Shown here one piece after another: positions 7,261-17,383 of a stretch of 18,632 nucleotides of DNA; within the stretch, counting starts at the first letter, position 1, and every line of letters starts with the position of its first letter. Source of the DNA: Candidatus Methylomirabilales bacterium. Lineage in GTDB: Bacteria > Methylomirabilota > Methylomirabilia > Methylomirabilales > CSP1-5. The DNA lies in assembly GCA_046758505.1 (NCBI GenBank), contig JBHIAH010000050.1, positions 1-18,632 of the forward strand, given 5' to 3'. The notes beneath the pieces were generated by a model, which saw nothing but the letters and a program-made list of their open reading frames with translations, was not told the origin of the DNA and did no database searches. The position numbers and the translations under genes are program-made.

Positions 7261-8565
7261 TCAGAAGGCCCGGCTCTTCACCTTGCCCTTCTTGAGAAAC
7301 CCTTCGTAGTGCCGCATCAAGAGGTGGGCCTCGATCTGCTGCGCGGTGTCCAGGGCGACCCCAACCACGATGAGCAGGGACGTCCCCCCGAAGAAGAAGG
7401 GAACATTCGCCCAGATAATCAGGATTTCCGGAAAAATGGAGATCAGCGCCAGATAGACGGCCCCGACAAAGGTAATCCGGTCAAGCACCTTCTCAATGTA
7501 CTCCGCCGTCCGTACCCCCGGACGAATCCCGGGGACAAAGCCGCCGTATTTCTTCAAGTTCTCCGCCACGTCGCCGGGGTTGAAGATGATGGCGGTATAG
7601 AAGTAGGTGAAGAAGATGATGCTTCCCCCATAGAGCAGAAAGTAGCTAATCGTCCCCGGGGAAAGGGCGCGCGCCACCCACTCCATCCAGGGATGCGCGA
7701 CGAACCGGGCCACGGTCGGGGGCAACACGATGATCGACGCGGCGAAAATGACCGGGATCACCCCGGCGGTGTTGACCCGCAGGGGGATGTGGGTCGCCTG
7801 TCCCCCATAGACCTTCCGGCCCACGACCCGCTTGGCGTACTGGACCGGGATGGGCCGTTGGCCGAGGGTCATGATGACCACGGCCGCCACGACCACGACC
7901 ATGACGACCATGAGAAAGAGGAAGATGTAGGCCTTCATTTCCCCGGTCGAGAGGAGCTGGTAGGATCGGAACATCGCCTCGGGAACCCGCACGATGATGC
8001 CGGCAAAGATGAGCAGCGAGATGCCGTTGCCGATCCCCCGCTCCGAAATTTGCTCTCCCAACCACATCAAGAGGATGCTCCCGGTAGTGAGGGTCAGGGT
8101 GGTCATAATGCGGAAGCCCCAGCCGGGATGTGGCACCACCATCTGTCCATTGGCCGAGACCCCCTCCAGGCCGATGGCAATGCCCATCCCCTGAATGACG
8201 GCGATGAGGACCGTGCCATACCGCGTATACTCGGTGATCTTCTTGCGTCCCTCGGCCCCCTCCCTCTGGAGGCGCTCGATGGCCGGAACCACCACCGCCA
8301 AGAGTTGCAGAATGATCGAGGCATCGATATAGGGCATGATCCCGAGGGCGAAGATGCTGGCCCGCCGTAAGGCCCCGCCGGAGAAGAGATCGAAGAAGCC
8401 GAAGAGCGTGCCGGCAGCGCTGCTGAAGACCTCACCCAACGCCGCCGCATCGATGCCCGGGGTCGGGATGTGGGCCCCGATGCGGTAGACAATCAGGATC
8501 AGGGCGGTGAAGAGGATTCGCCGCTTGAGTTCGGGGACCTTGAAAATGTTGGCGAAATCACTCAT
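7261..8565 (-). CDS. secY: Preprotein translocase subunit SecY
   Basis: [57 protein letters not shown] overlap with rplO. Confidence 0.99.
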   Translation of the reverse strand: MSDFANIFKVPELKRRILFTALILIVYRIGAHIPTPGIDAAALGEVFSSAAGTLFGFFDLFSGGALRRASIFALGIMPYIDASIILQLLAVVVPAIERLQREGAEGRKKITEYTRYGTVLIAVIQGMGIAIGLEGVSANGQMVVPHPGWGFRIMTTLTLTTGSILLMWLGEQISERGIGNGISLLIFAGIIVRVPEAMFRSYQLLSTGEMKAYIFLFLMVVMVVVVAAVVIMTLGQRPIPVQYAKRVVGRKVYGGQATHIPLRVNTAGVIPVIFAASIIVLPPTVARFVAHPWMEWVARALSPGTISYFLLYGGSIIFFTYFYTAIIFNPGDVAENLKKYGGFVPGIRPGVRTAEYIEKVLDRITFVGAVYLALISIFPEILIIWANVPFFFGGTSLLIVVGVALDTAQQIEAHLLMRHYEGFLKKGKVKSRAF

Positions 8566-9011
8566 CGCTCCTCGATCACCTCGACTGCTCCCCCTGCGGC
8601 CTGAATCTTCCGAAGGGCCACCTGAGAAAAACGATGCGCCTCCACCCTGAGGGGATGCGAAAGGTCGCCGTCCCCCAGGACCTTCACCCCGGCCTTCAGG
8701 GCCTTGACGAGACCGCGTTCGAGGAGGAGGAGGGGCGTCACCGTCGTCCCGGCTTCGATTCGATCCAGATCGCGGAGATTGACGGTGGCATACTCTTTCC
8801 GAAAGGGATTCCGAAAGCCCCGCTTCGGAAGGCGTCGGCTCAAGGGCATTTGGCCCCCCTCAAACCAGGACGGGATGCTCACCCCCGACCGGGCCTTCTG
8901 TCCCTTATCTCCCCGGCCGGATGTCTGCCCGTGCCCTGATCCCGGGCCCCGACCGACCCGCTTGCGCCGCTTTCGAGAACCAGGCGCCGGCTTCAACTCA
9001 TGCAGTCTCAT
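8562..9011 (-). CDS. rplO: 50S ribosomal protein L15
   Basis: [54 protein letters not shown] 9011. Confidence 0.98.
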   Translation of the reverse strand: MRLHELKPAPGSRKRRKRVGRGPGSGHGQTSGRGDKGQKARSGVSIPSWFEGGQMPLSRRLPKRGFRNPFRKEYATVNLRDLDRIEAGTTVTPLLLLERGLVKALKAGVKVLGDGDLSHPLRVEAHRFSQVALRKIQAAGGAVEVIEER

Positions 9012-9048
9012 CAGGCCCGCCTCGTCTCTCCCCTCGGTTGCAGAGCGG

Positions 9049-9567
9049 TCAACCGCCCACGGCCTCTCGAGCTTCTTCCCCCACCCGGCCTCGAAGCCGG
9101 CCCACCTCATCGGGAGAACGAAGCCCCCGAATCCCAGCCATGGTCGCCTTCGCCACGTTGTGTGGATTGCTACTCCCAAGCGATTTCGCCAGGACGTTCT
9201 GCACGCCAGCCGCCTCGAAGATCGCCCGCGCAGCCCCCCCGGCCACGATCCCGGTCCCCTCTGCCGCCGGCTTCATCAAGACCTGTCCGGCCCCGTACCT
9301 CCCCAGAATCTGGTGGGGGATGGTCTTCCTCTGGAGCGGCACCTTGACGAGACGCTTCTTGGCCGCCTCGATCCCCTTCCGGATGGCCTCCGGAACCTCG
9401 TGTGCCTTCCCCAGCCCGAGCCCGACATGCCCCGCCTGGTCACCCACGGCGACCAAGGCGCTAAAGCTAAACCGGCGGCCGCCCTTGACCACCTTTGCCA
9501 CCCGGTTGATGTGGATGACCCGCTCCGCAAGATTCAGCGCCTGAGGATCGATGAGCTCCGCCGCCAC
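9049..9567 (-). CDS. rpsE: 30S ribosomal protein S5
   Basis: [36 protein letters not shown]. Confidence 0.99.
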   Translation of the reverse strand: MAAELIDPQALNLAERVIHINRVAKVVKGGRRFSFSALVAVGDQAGHVGLGLGKAHEVPEAIRKGIEAAKKRLVKVPLQRKTIPHQILGRYGAGQVLMKPAAEGTGIVAGGAARAIFEAAGVQNVLAKSLGSSNPHNVAKATMAGIRGLRSPDEVGRLRGRVGEEAREAVGG

Positions 9568-9578
9568 AGATGCCTCCC

Positions 9579-9953
9579 CTAAAAGGTTAACCCCTTTTCC
9601 CGGGCCCCGGTCGCCAATGCTTTGACCCGCCCGTGGAACTTGTACCCGCCCCGGTCGAAGGCCACCCGCCGGATTTCGACCTTCAGGGCCTTCTCCGCCA
9701 GGATCTCCCCCACGACCTTGGCGGCATCGGCCTTCGTCCCCTTCACCCCCCGGCCCCTGAACTCCGGGGAGAAGGTGGAGGCGGCCACCAACGTCCGCCC
9801 CGCCAGATCATCGATGATTTGAGCATAGATATGCCGGTGAGACTTGAAGACCGACAACCGAGGCTGGTTGGGCACTCCGAACACCTTTTTCCGGACCCGC
9901 CGGTGCCTCCGCTGCCGGGCAGCCCGCTTCTTATTCCAATCAATGACACTCAC
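9579..9953 (-). CDS. rplR: 50S ribosomal protein L18
   Basis: [40 protein letters not shown]. Confidence 0.99.
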   Translation of the reverse strand: MSVIDWNKKRAARQRRHRRVRKKVFGVPNQPRLSVFKSHRHIYAQIIDDLAGRTLVAASTFSPEFRGRGVKGTKADAAKVVGEILAEKALKVEIRRVAFDRGGYKFHGRVKALATGAREKGLTF

Positions 9954-9966
9954 CGCTGCTCCTTAC

Positions 9967-10506
9967 TTACTTTGCCCCGGCCTTCCCGGCCTTTCGCCGG
10001 ATCCGCTCATCCACATACTTGACCCCTTTCCCCTTATAGGGCTCCGGGGGCCGCAGGCTCCGGATCTTCGCCGCCACCGCGCCGACCCGTTGCTTGTCAA
10101 TCCCCGAGACCGTAATGAGGGTCTGGTTCTCTACAGTCGCTCCGATATCCGGAGGCAGGACGTACACCACGGGGTTTGTGTATCCGAGGCTCAGCGTGAG
10201 CGTCTGGCCCTGGACCTGCGCACGGTACCCCACCCCGCTCATCTCGAGCTTCTTCTGAAACCCCTCGCTCACGCCGCGGACCATATTGGCGATCAGCGCT
10301 CGGGTGAGCCCATGGAGGGCTCGATGCGTCTTCTGATCGGTCGGACGCTCGCAGAGGATCCGTCCCTCTTCGACCCCGACTCGGATCGCCGGGTGCACCT
10401 CCAGTGCAAGCCTCCCCTTCGGTCCCTGGACCTCTACGGAACCCTTGGCAACGCTCACCTGCACATTGCTCGGGATGCTAATAGGCAACCGACCGACCCG
10501 CGACAT
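9967..10506 (-). CDS. rplF: 50S ribosomal protein L6
   Basis: MSRVGRLPI, GPKG.L, RPPEPYKGKGVKY..E.IRRKAGK. ATG 10506. Confidence 0.99.
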   Translation of the reverse strand: MSRVGRLPISIPSNVQVSVAKGSVEVQGPKGRLALEVHPAIRVGVEEGRILCERPTDQKTHRALHGLTRALIANMVRGVSEGFQKKLEMSGVGYRAQVQGQTLTLSLGYTNPVVYVLPPDIGATVENQTLITVSGIDKQRVGAVAAKIRSLRPPEPYKGKGVKYVDERIRRKAGKAGAK

Positions 10507-10524
10507 CGTGTTCCCCTCAAAGAC

Positions 10525-10601
10525 GTTCATGGTTCATGGATCATGGTTTAGTGCAATCTAACGTCATACCATCCATGAACTATGAACTCTCAACTATGAA
10601 C
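10525..10601. repeat. Heptamer tandem-inverted element (GTTCATG x4 / YATGAAC x4)
   Basis: gttcatg gttcatg gatcatg gtttagt ... catgaac tatgaac tctcaac tatgaac. Confidence 0.85.
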
Positions 10602-10606
10602 TCGCC

Positions 10607-11002
10607 TTACCAGACGTAGCAGAGGACCTCCCCCCCGACCGCTTGCCTCCGAGCCTCCCCATCGGTCATGACTCCCTTGGAGGTGGAGAGAATCGCAATC
10701 CCCATGCCGCTCAGGACTTGGGGAATCTTGCGGGCGTGGGTGTACACGCGGAGCCCCGGCTTACTGGCTCGGACAATCCCCCGGAGGACCCGCTCGTTGC
10801 CAGGACCGTATTTGAGATAGACCCGCAGGGTCCCCTGCGGCCGCTCATCGATGACCTTATAGCCCCTCACGAAGCCTTCCTCCTTGAGAATGCGGGCAAT
10901 CTCCACCTTGAGTCGCGAGGAGGGTATGTCCACCTTCTCATGCCCCGCCGCGCTGGCGTTCCGCAAACGCGTTAGCGTATCAGCAATAGGATCACTCAAC
11001 AC
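10607..11002 (-). CDS. rpsH: 30S ribosomal protein S8
   Basis: [47 protein letters not shown]. Confidence 0.99.
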   Translation of the reverse strand: MLSDPIADTLTRLRNASAAGHEKVDIPSSRLKVEIARILKEEGFVRGYKVIDERPQGTLRVYLKYGPGNERVLRGIVRASKPGLRVYTHARKIPQVLSGMGIAILSTSKGVMTDGEARRQAVGGEVLCYVW

Positions 11003-11013
11003 CGTACTACCTC

Positions 11014-11126
11014 GTTCGTGGTGGATGGTTCATGAATCGTTCACAGTTCATAGTTCATGGTTCATAGATAAAACAGTCGTGAATCCTTGGTCCTCAACCC
11101 CGAACTATCAACTCTGAACCCTGAAC
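11014..11126. repeat. Heptamer tandem-inverted element (GTTCATR x7 / NNTGAAC x7, degenerate)
   Basis: gttcgtg gtggatg gttcatg .. gttcaca gttcata gttcatg gttcata ... cgtgaat ccttggt cctcaac cccgaac tatcaac tctgaac cctgaac. Confidence 0.85.
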
Positions 11127-11133
11127 CGAATTC

Positions 11134-11319
11134 CTACCAGCTGGCCTTGGTGACACCGGGAATCTCTCCTCGGAGCGCCAGTGTCCGGAAACAGATCCGG
11201 CACATGGCGAAGCGCCTGAGATAGCCGCGGGATCGGCCGCAGATGCGACACCGACGATACCGCCGTACCTGAAACTTCGGCACCCGCTGCGCCTTCATGA
11301 TGAGGGACTTCTTTGCCAC
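11134..11319 (-). CDS. rpsZ: 30S ribosomal protein S14, type Z (61 aa, zinc-binding)
   Basis: [41 protein letters not shown]. Confidence 0.99.
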   Translation of the reverse strand: MAKKSLIMKAQRVPKFQVRRYRRCRICGRSRGYLRRFAMCRICFRTLALRGEIPGVTKASW

Positions 11320-11331
11320 CCTCTCCCTCCC

Positions 11332-11964
11332 TCAGGACCGAAAGGGAAATCCCAGCTGCTCCAGTAGGGCCTTCGCCTCTTCATCGGTCCGGGCGCTGGT
11401 GTGGACACAGATATCCATTCCCCGGACCGTATCGACCTTGTCGTACTTGATCTCGGGGAAGATGAGTTGTTCTCTCACCCCAAGGGCATAGTTTCCCCTC
11501 CCATCGAGCGAATGCGGAGAGAGGCCCCGAAAGTCCCGGATCCTCGGGAGGGCAATATTGAGAAACCGATCCAGAAACTCGAACATCCGATCCCCCCGGA
11601 GGGTCACTTTGCAGCCAATGGGCATCCCCGTGCGGAGCTTGAAGCCTGCCTCGGACTTTTTGGCCCGGGTGAGCATCGGGCGCTGCCCCGAGATGATCGC
11701 CAGCTCCTCCAGCGCACTGTCAATGACCTTGACATTCCCCACCGCCTCTCCTAACCCCATATTGATCACCACCTTGATGAGGCGAGGGACCTGAAAGACG
11801 TTTGTATAGCTAAAACGCTTCATGAGCGCGGGAACCATCTGTTGGCGATAGCGCTCGGGCAGGCGGGCTGGGCTCTTGGCGGGAGCCGGCCTCGGTCCGC
11901 CCGGCGGTCCCTTCGGCGCAGGCGTCGGTGCTTTTTCGCGCTTCTTCTTTGCCTTCTCGGCCAT
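11332..11964 (-). CDS. rplE: 50S ribosomal protein L5 with Lys/Pro-rich N-terminal extension
   Basis: [51 protein letters not shown] before ATG 11964. Confidence 0.99.
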   Translation of the reverse strand: MAEKAKKKREKAPTPAPKGPPGGPRPAPAKSPARLPERYRQQMVPALMKRFSYTNVFQVPRLIKVVINMGLGEAVGNVKVIDSALEELAIISGQRPMLTRAKKSEAGFKLRTGMPIGCKVTLRGDRMFEFLDRFLNIALPRIRDFRGLSPHSLDGRGNYALGVREQLIFPEIKYDKVDTVRGMDICVHTSARTDEEAKALLEQLGFPFRS

Positions 11965-12093
11965 CGTCTCTCCCTAGTGCCGTTCCAACCTGATAAGCCG
12001 AATTTGAGCAGCCTGCCTTGTTGCAACGGTCGTAGGCGAGTGCAGCCAGAAAGTTGGCACACCTAATACACACGCATTTCATCTTGTGACAAC

Positions 12094-12169
12094 AGAGCAA
12101 TAGAACAATAGACCGCAATGGAGCATTTTTTTCAAGACCGCTCTATTGTTCTACTGTTCCATTGCTCTA
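12094..12169. repeat. Octamer tandem-inverted element (TAGARCAA / TTGYTCTA)
   Basis: agagcaa tagaacaa tagaccgcaa tggagca ... gctcta ttgttcta ctgttcca ttgctcta. Confidence 0.8.
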
Positions 12170-12199
12170 AAGTAAACGCACTTTGTGCGTTTACTTTAG
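12167..12199. repeat. Perfect 15-bp inverted repeat with 3-nt loop overlapping the rplX stop
   Basis: ctaaagtaaacgcac-ttt-gtgcgtttactttag. Confidence 0.92.
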
Positions 12200-12543
12200 T
12201 CCATCGCCTCGCCGCATTGCTTACAGACACGCACTTTCCGGCCATCGGCGAGGAAGCTGTGCCCGGTTCGGACCGGCCGGTCACATCGGGAACAGACGAC
12301 CATCACCTTGGAGACGTGGAGCGGGGCCTCTTTTTCGACAACCCCCCCCTGCGGGGTCGCCCCTCCCGGACGGGTGTGGCGTTTCACGACGTTGATCCGC
12401 TCGACCACCACCCCGCTGGTCTCGGGGATGACCCGGAGAACTTTCCCCCGCTTCCCCCTGTCCTTTCCGGCGATGATCATCACCAGGTCATTCTTGTGGA
12501 CGGGAAGACCCCTCCGCACCGCCACGTCCTCCCCCAACTTCAC
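12196..12543 (-). CDS. rplX: 50S ribosomal protein L24
   Basis: KNDLVMIIAGKDRGKRGKV (KOW), VVERINVVKRH, EAPLHVSKV, C-x2-C motifs. Start may be a downstream GTG (12525/12519). Confidence 0.98.
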   Translation of the reverse strand: MKLGEDVAVRRGLPVHKNDLVMIIAGKDRGKRGKVLRVIPETSGVVVERINVVKRHTRPGGATPQGGVVEKEAPLHVSKVMVVCSRCDRPVRTGHSFLADGRKVRVCKQCGEAMD

Positions 12544-12577
12544 GCTGTCCTTTTCGGCCTCTGACGTTGCGTCTCCC

Positions 12578-12946
12578 CTACACGACTTCGGGAGCCAACG
12601 AGATGATCTTCATATACTGCTTTTCGCGAAGTTCCCGGGCGACCGGACCAAAGATCCGGGTCCCCAGGGGATTGTTTTGTTCGTTGATCAGGACCGCCGC
12701 ATTCCGGTCGAACTTAATCCAGGACCCGTCGGTCCGTCGGAGCTCCTTTGCCGTTCGCACCACCACGGCCCGAACCACCTGTCCCTTTTTCACCGATCCC
12801 TCAGGGAGGGCCTCCTTCACATTCGCCACGATCACATCCCCGATCCGCCCATAGCGTTTCGCGGAACCGCCCAGGACCTTGATCACCGAAATCCGCTTGG
12901 CCCCGGAATTGTCTGCCACATCCAGGATTGTCCTGAGTCCGACCAT
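12578..12946 (-). CDS. rplN: 50S ribosomal protein L14
   Basis: [33 protein letters not shown]. Confidence 0.99.
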   Translation of the reverse strand: MVGLRTILDVADNSGAKRISVIKVLGGSAKRYGRIGDVIVANVKEALPEGSVKKGQVVRAVVVRTAKELRRTDGSWIKFDRNAAVLINEQNNPLGTRIFGPVARELREKQYMKIISLAPEVV

Positions 12947-12998
12947 GACCGGTCCCCACCACGACGCCGTTCGGCGCGCGACACCTGTTGCGTCCCGC

Positions 12999-13259
12999 TC
13001 AGACAGCCTTCTGGACGATCTCGACGATGCGCCACCGCTTGTCTCGACTCAGGGGACGGGTCTCCATGATCCGGACCTTGTCCCCAACCCGGCATTGCTG
13101 TTCTTCGTCATGGGCCTTCACCTGAGTCCGACGGCGCACCAGCTTGTTATACTCAGGATGCCGGAGGAATCGCTGAACGGAGACCACGACCGTCTTTTGC
13201 ATCCGGTCGCTGACCACGGTGCCTACGAAAACCTTCCGGCGGCGGCGCTGTTCAGGCAT
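12999..13259 (-). CDS. rpsQ: 30S ribosomal protein S17
   Basis: [35 protein letters not shown]. Confidence 0.99.
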   Translation of the reverse strand: MPEQRRRRKVFVGTVVSDRMQKTVVVSVQRFLRHPEYNKLVRRRTQVKAHDEEQQCRVGDKVRIMETRPLSRDKRWRIVEIVQKAV

Positions 13260-13479
13260 CCTCGCCCGCCTTCCCGGGGCCCCGGTCCTGGGCCGTTTCC
13301 CGCTCGCGCAAGAGCGTCTCGATCCGCGCGATGTCCCGTCGGAGCTGGCGAAGACGCATGGGGTTCTCCAGCTGCGCGCCGGCCTTCCGCATCCTGAGAC
13401 GAAAGAGATCCTCGCTGAGATCCCCCCGCTTCTGCCGGAGTTCCTCGGCGGTCAGCTCCCGGAGCTCCTTGGCCTTCAT
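13252..13479 (-). CDS. rpmC: 50S ribosomal protein L29
   Basis: [37 protein letters not shown]. Confidence 0.98.
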   Translation of the reverse strand: MKAKELRELTAEELRQKRGDLSEDLFRLRMRKAGAQLENPMRLRQLRRDIARIETLLRERETAQDRGPGKAGEDA

Positions 13480-13907
13480 CGTCCTCGTCCCCCCGCCTCG
13501 GTAGACCGCATAACGAACTTCGTGGCGACGGACAGCTTATGAGCTGCGAGGCGCATGGCCTCCCGCGCCTCGGCCTCGCTGACCCCTTCCATCTCGTACA
13601 GGATCCGGCCTGGCTTCACCACCGCAACCCAGCCCTCGACCGCACCCTTGCCCTTCCCCATCCGGGTCTCCGCCGGCTTGGCCGTCAGGGGCTTGTCGGG
13701 AAAGATCCGGATCCACACCTTCCCGCCGCGTTTGATGTACCGGGTAATGGACCGCCGGGCCGCCTCGATCTGGCGGTTGGTCACCCAGGCCGGCTCGAGG
13801 GCCTTGAGGCCGTACTCGCCGAAGGCCAGCGCGGTCCCCCCCTTGGCGACCCCTCGCATCCGTCCGCGCTGCTGCTTCCGGTACTTGGTTCGCTTGGGCA
13901 TCAACAT
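13476..13907 (-). CDS. rplP: 50S ribosomal protein L16
   Basis: [41 protein letters not shown] 13907. Confidence 0.99.
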   Translation of the reverse strand: MLMPKRTKYRKQQRGRMRGVAKGGTALAFGEYGLKALEPAWVTNRQIEAARRSITRYIKRGGKVWIRIFPDKPLTAKPAETRMGKGKGAVEGWVAVVKPGRILYEMEGVSEAEAREAMRLAAHKLSVATKFVMRSTEAGGRGR

Positions 13908-13916
13908 CGGCAACCC

Positions 13917-14633
13917 CTATTGACCGGCAACGACCTTCCGCCGGCGCCGCTCCTTCCCCTCGGGCGCCCCCGGACCCATGCGCCTCTCCTCGGCCGCCGT
14001 CGCAGTTTCGGGGAGCACCTCTCCGTGAAAGATCCACGCCTTCACCCCGATCATTCCATAGGTCGTCCGCGCCTCGGCAAGGCCGTAATCGATGTCAGCC
14101 CGAAGGGTGTGCAGCGGTACCCGCCCCTCCCGGTACCATTCGGTCCGGGCGATCTCTGTCCCCGCCAGGCGCCCGGAGACCATGACCTTGACCCCCTGGG
14201 CCCCCAACCGCATGGACGACTGCACTGCCTTCTTCATGGCCCGGCGAAAGGCCACGCGACGCTCCAGTTGGGCAGCAATATTCTCCGCGACCAACTGCGC
14301 GTCGGTTTCCGCTTTTCGGACTTCGGTGATGTCCAGTTGAATCTCCTTCTCCGTCATGGTGGCAAGTTCCTGGCGGACCTTGTCGACCTCGGAGCCCTTC
14401 CGGCCAATGATGATCCCGGGTCGGGCGGCATGGACGATGATACGGAGCTGATTGGCCTTCCGCTCGAACACGATCCGGGAGATGCCCGCGTGGTAGAGCC
14501 GCCCTTTTAGGTACCGGCGAATCTTGACGTCCTCGTGGAGCTGATCCGCGTAGGACCGGGTCGCAAACCAGCGCGATTGCCAGCTTCTGATATACCCCAA
14601 ACGGAACCCCATGGGATGGACTTTTTGCCCCAT
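13917..14633 (-). CDS. rpsC: 30S ribosomal protein S3
   Basis: [41 protein letters not shown] 14633 after SD GAGGAG. Confidence 0.99.
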   Translation of the reverse strand: MGQKVHPMGFRLGYIRSWQSRWFATRSYADQLHEDVKIRRYLKGRLYHAGISRIVFERKANQLRIIVHAARPGIIIGRKGSEVDKVRQELATMTEKEIQLDITEVRKAETDAQLVAENIAAQLERRVAFRRAMKKAVQSSMRLGAQGVKVMVSGRLAGTEIARTEWYREGRVPLHTLRADIDYGLAEARTTYGMIGVKAWIFHGEVLPETATAAEERRMGPGAPEGKERRRRKVVAGQ

Positions 14634-14646
14634 GTCTCTCCTCGTG

Positions 14647-14991
14647 TTAAGCCGTCGGACGTTCGTCGAGCACAATCGTGATATGGCTGGTCCGTTTCCG
14701 AAGCGGGGTTGCCCTGCCCATAGCCCTCGGCTGCCATCGCTTCCACCGCGGGCCCTCGTCGACAAAGGCCGCCTTCACAAACAACCGATCCACATCCCGC
14801 ATCCCGTGGTTATGCTGCGCATTGGCCACCGCGGATTTCAACAGCTTTCCGACCACCCAGCTCGCCCGCTTCGGCGTGAAGCGGACGATGCTCAGGGCCT
14901 GATTCACATCCCGACCCCGGATCAGATCGACGACCAGCCGGGCCTTGCGGGGTGGTACCCTGACAAACCTGAGGATTGCCCGCGTCTCCAT
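14647..14991 (-). CDS. rplV: 50S ribosomal protein L22
   Basis: [45 protein letters not shown] 14991 preferred (GTG 15009 alternative). Confidence 0.99.
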   Translation of the reverse strand: METRAILRFVRVPPRKARLVVDLIRGRDVNQALSIVRFTPKRASWVVGKLLKSAVANAQHNHGMRDVDRLFVKAAFVDEGPRWKRWQPRAMGRATPLRKRTSHITIVLDERPTA

Positions 14992-15042
14992 GCGTGCTCC
15001 CGCCGCCACCGGTCCACCCCGGGACAGTCTTGCCCCCTTCTG

Positions 15043-15070
15043 GCTGACCGCTGGCGGTCGACAACTGCTC
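15043..15070. repeat. Single degenerate GCTGACN-type heptamer arm
   Basis: gctgacc gctggcg gtcgaca actgctc; no partner arm in this junction. Confidence 0.45.
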
Positions 15071-15075
15071 CCGCC

Positions 15076-15360
15076 TCACTTCAGAGAAGTCGGCTTGGCC
15101 GTGGGCCCGCTGTGCGAGCGGAAGGTCCGCGTCGAAGCAAATTCCCCGAGCTTATGGCCCACCATGTTTTCGGTCACGTAAATTGGAATGAACCGCTTCC
15201 CGTTATGCACCGCCAGTGTATGTCCCACGAACTCGGGGGTGACGGTGGATCGACGGGACCAGGTCTTGATGACTCGCCGGTCCTGGGTCCGATTCATCTC
15301 CTCGATCTTCCGCATCAGCTTCGGATCGACGTGCGGCCCCTTCTTGAGCGATCGTCCCAT
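15076..15360 (-). CDS. rpsS: 30S ribosomal protein S19
   Basis: [48 protein letters not shown] 15360. Confidence 0.99.
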   Translation of the reverse strand: MGRSLKKGPHVDPKLMRKIEEMNRTQDRRVIKTWSRRSTVTPEFVGHTLAVHNGKRFIPIYVTENMVGHKLGEFASTRTFRSHSGPTAKPTSLK

Positions 15361-15372
15361 CTCCCCATCCCC

Positions 15373-15486
15373 GCTGGTATGCTGGAACGCTGGAAGGCTA
15401 GCACGCTCAAAAGCAAGTAGCATGCAATTTGGCTTTCCAGCTTTCCAGCCTGCTAGCCATATCTTGCTGACCGCCGACTGCTGACT
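15373..15486. repeat. Octamer tandem-inverted element (GCTGGAAN x5 / TTTCCAGC x3) plus GCTGACN x3 arm
   Basis: gctggtat gctggaac gctggaag gctagcac gctcaaaa ... tttccagc tttccagc ctgctagc ... gctgacc gccgact gctgact. Confidence 0.85.
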
Positions 15487-15488
15487 CC

Positions 15489-16325
15489 TTAGTTTCGCTT
15501 CTTCTTGCGCCGGGTGACAATCTCGCGGTCCGACCGTTTCCCTTTCCTGCGCGTCTTGTACCCCTTGGTCGGCTTGCCCCACGGGGTGCACGGGTGTCGT
15601 CCCCCCGAACTCTTCCCCTCGCCGCCCCCCAACGGATGATCGTGGGGGTTCATGGCCACGCCTCGAACCGACGGCCGGATCCCAAGCCAGCGGCTCCGGC
15701 CGGCCTTCCCCAGGGAGACATTTTCGTGCTCAAGGTTCCCCACCTGGCCAAGAGTCGCCATGCAATCCACACGGACTTTCCGCACCTCCCCCGACGGGAG
15801 CCGGAGGAGGGCTCGGTCGTCCTCCTTCGCCACGAGTTGCGCCGAGGCTCCCGCACTCCGACAGAGCTGTCCCCCCTTGCCCTGCCACAGCTCGATGTTG
15901 TGAACCACCGACCCCACCGGGATCGCCCGGAGCGGAAGCGCATTCCCCGCATTGAGCTCCGCCGCGGGGCCGGACATCACCTGCGCCCCGATCTGGAGTC
16001 CGTCAGGGGCCAGGATGTACCGCTTCTCGCCGTCCGCGTAATGCAGCAGGGCGATCCGGGCTGATCGATTTGGATCGTACTCGACGCTGACGACGGTGGC
16101 CGGCACCCCAACCTTATTCCGCTTAAAGTCGACGAGACGGTACCGCCGCTTGTGGCCACCCCCCTTATGCCGTGCGGTGATCCGGCCCTGCACATTGCGC
16201 CCCCCCGTCTTCTGCAGGGGAGCCAGCAGACCCTTGGCAGGCTGCTGGGTCGTGAGCCCCTCAAAGGTGGCCACCGATTGGTACCGACGGCCCGGTGACG
16301 TCGGCTTGTAACTTCTGATCCCCAT
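15489..16325 (-). CDS. rplB: 50S ribosomal protein L2
   Basis: [39 protein letters not shown]. Confidence 0.99.
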   Translation of the reverse strand: MGIRSYKPTSPGRRYQSVATFEGLTTQQPAKGLLAPLQKTGGRNVQGRITARHKGGGHKRRYRLVDFKRNKVGVPATVVSVEYDPNRSARIALLHYADGEKRYILAPDGLQIGAQVMSGPAAELNAGNALPLRAIPVGSVVHNIELWQGKGGQLCRSAGASAQLVAKEDDRALLRLPSGEVRKVRVDCMATLGQVGNLEHENVSLGKAGRSRWLGIRPSVRGVAMNPHDHPLGGGEGKSSGGRHPCTPWGKPTKGYKTRRKGKRSDREIVTRRKKKRN

Positions 16326-16357
16326 CTCGTCCGCTCGACCGCTCCCCGATCGGAGCT

Positions 16358-16437
16358 GCCAGGAGGCTAGAACGCTTGAAAGCCTCTCTGCCTCTCGCGT
16401 CCTGGCGTCCTAATTTGCTAGCATTCCAGCGGCCTAG
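16358..16437. repeat. Degenerate octamer tandem-inverted element (GCTRGAAN / NTYCYAGC)
   Basis: gccaggag gctagaac gcttgaaa ... gtcctggc gtcctaat ttgctagc attccagc ggcctag. Confidence 0.6.
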
Positions 16438-16721
16438 ACTCCCTCGAAGAACTCGATGCTATCCCCGTCCTTGAGGGTCACAATCGCTTTTTTCCAATCT
16501 GAAGTGCGTCCCACAAAACGCCCAACGCGCTTCGTTCGCCCCCGCATAGCCACCGTGTGGACGGCAGTCACCTTGACGTGGAAGAGGGCTTCCACCGCCT
16601 GCTTGACCTCCACCTTGTTTGCCCGCCGATCCACCTCAAAGCAATATTTGTTCTGTTCTTTCAGAACTGTCCCCTTCTCGGTCACGACGGGGCGGCGGAT
16701 GACCCGATGCGGCTCCCTCAT
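16434..16721 (-). CDS. rplW: 50S ribosomal protein L23
   Basis: IRRPVVTEK, FEVDRRANKVEVKQAVE.LF.VKV, WKKAIVTL. ATGA overlap with the rplD stop. Confidence 0.99.
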   Translation of the reverse strand: MREPHRVIRRPVVTEKGTVLKEQNKYCFEVDRRANKVEVKQAVEALFHVKVTAVHTVAMRGRTKRVGRFVGRTSDWKKAIVTLKDGDSIEFFEGV

Positions 16722-17347
16722 GGCGTCAGGGCCTCCTCGACCTTCACGAGCGCCTCCCGGGTAAACAGGAGGGCGTCCGCGAAGAGCACATCGGAGATGT
16801 TCACCCCGCGCGCGGGGAGGACCTTTACCCCCGGGAGGTTCCGGGCGGATCTCTCCACCGCCTCCTCCCTTTGCGGCGTCACCACCAACACCTTCCCGGT
16901 GAGCCCCAGGTCTCGCAGGAGACCCTGGAAGGTTTTTGTGCTCGGCCGATCCATGCTCAAGTCTTCCAACACCTGGACTTCCTGCGCCGCGACCTTGGCA
17001 GAGAGGGCGCCGCGTAAGGCTTCTCGTCGCAGCGCCCGGGGGAAGCGGAAGCTCCAGTCCCGTGGCTTTGGACCGTGAATCGTCCCCCCGTGTCGCCACA
17101 GGGGGGAGCGGATGCTGCCGGCCCGCGCTCGGCCGCTCCCCTTCTGACGCCACGGCTTCCTTCCCCCCCCTGAGACCTCCGCCCGCCCCTTGGTCGAGGC
17201 GGTCCCCCGCCGCTGCCTCGCCCGCTGCCAGCGGACTGCCTCGTGGAGGAGATACCCCCTCACCGGCACCCCAAAAACGGCCTCGGACAGGGCAATCTCG
17301 TCCACCTTCTCGTTTTGAGGGTTCACGACATTGAGGACCCGAGTCAT
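16718..17347 (-). CDS. rplD: 50S ribosomal protein L4
   Basis: GTASTKGRAEVSGGGRKPWRQKGSGRARAGSIRSPLWRHGG..HGPKPR. ATG 17347 (GTG 17350 alternative). Confidence 0.99.
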   Translation of the reverse strand: MTRVLNVVNPQNEKVDEIALSEAVFGVPVRGYLLHEAVRWQRARQRRGTASTKGRAEVSGGGRKPWRQKGSGRARAGSIRSPLWRHGGTIHGPKPRDWSFRFPRALRREALRGALSAKVAAQEVQVLEDLSMDRPSTKTFQGLLRDLGLTGKVLVVTPQREEAVERSARNLPGVKVLPARGVNISDVLFADALLFTREALVKVEEALTP

Positions 17348-17383
17348 CACTACTCCAGCACGCCGAGGGGCTGGGGCCCGCGC

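Noticed and set aside
11810..12118. Cys-rich ORFs spanning the rplX-rplE spacer
   Set aside because: They run out of frame into rplE, start within repeat elements and have irregular Cys spacing; likely spurious.
3783..12543. Zinc-binding (Cys-containing) forms of S4, L36, S14, L24 and the Adk LID
   Set aside because: Real but common ancestral states; not novel.
15361..15591. Long N-terminal extensions in ORF-track calls (rpsS, rplW, rplO, rpsC, rpsK, rpsM, infA, rplF, adk)
   Set aside because: Longest-ORF artefacts. Conserved N-termini with SD or ATGA coupling lie downstream.
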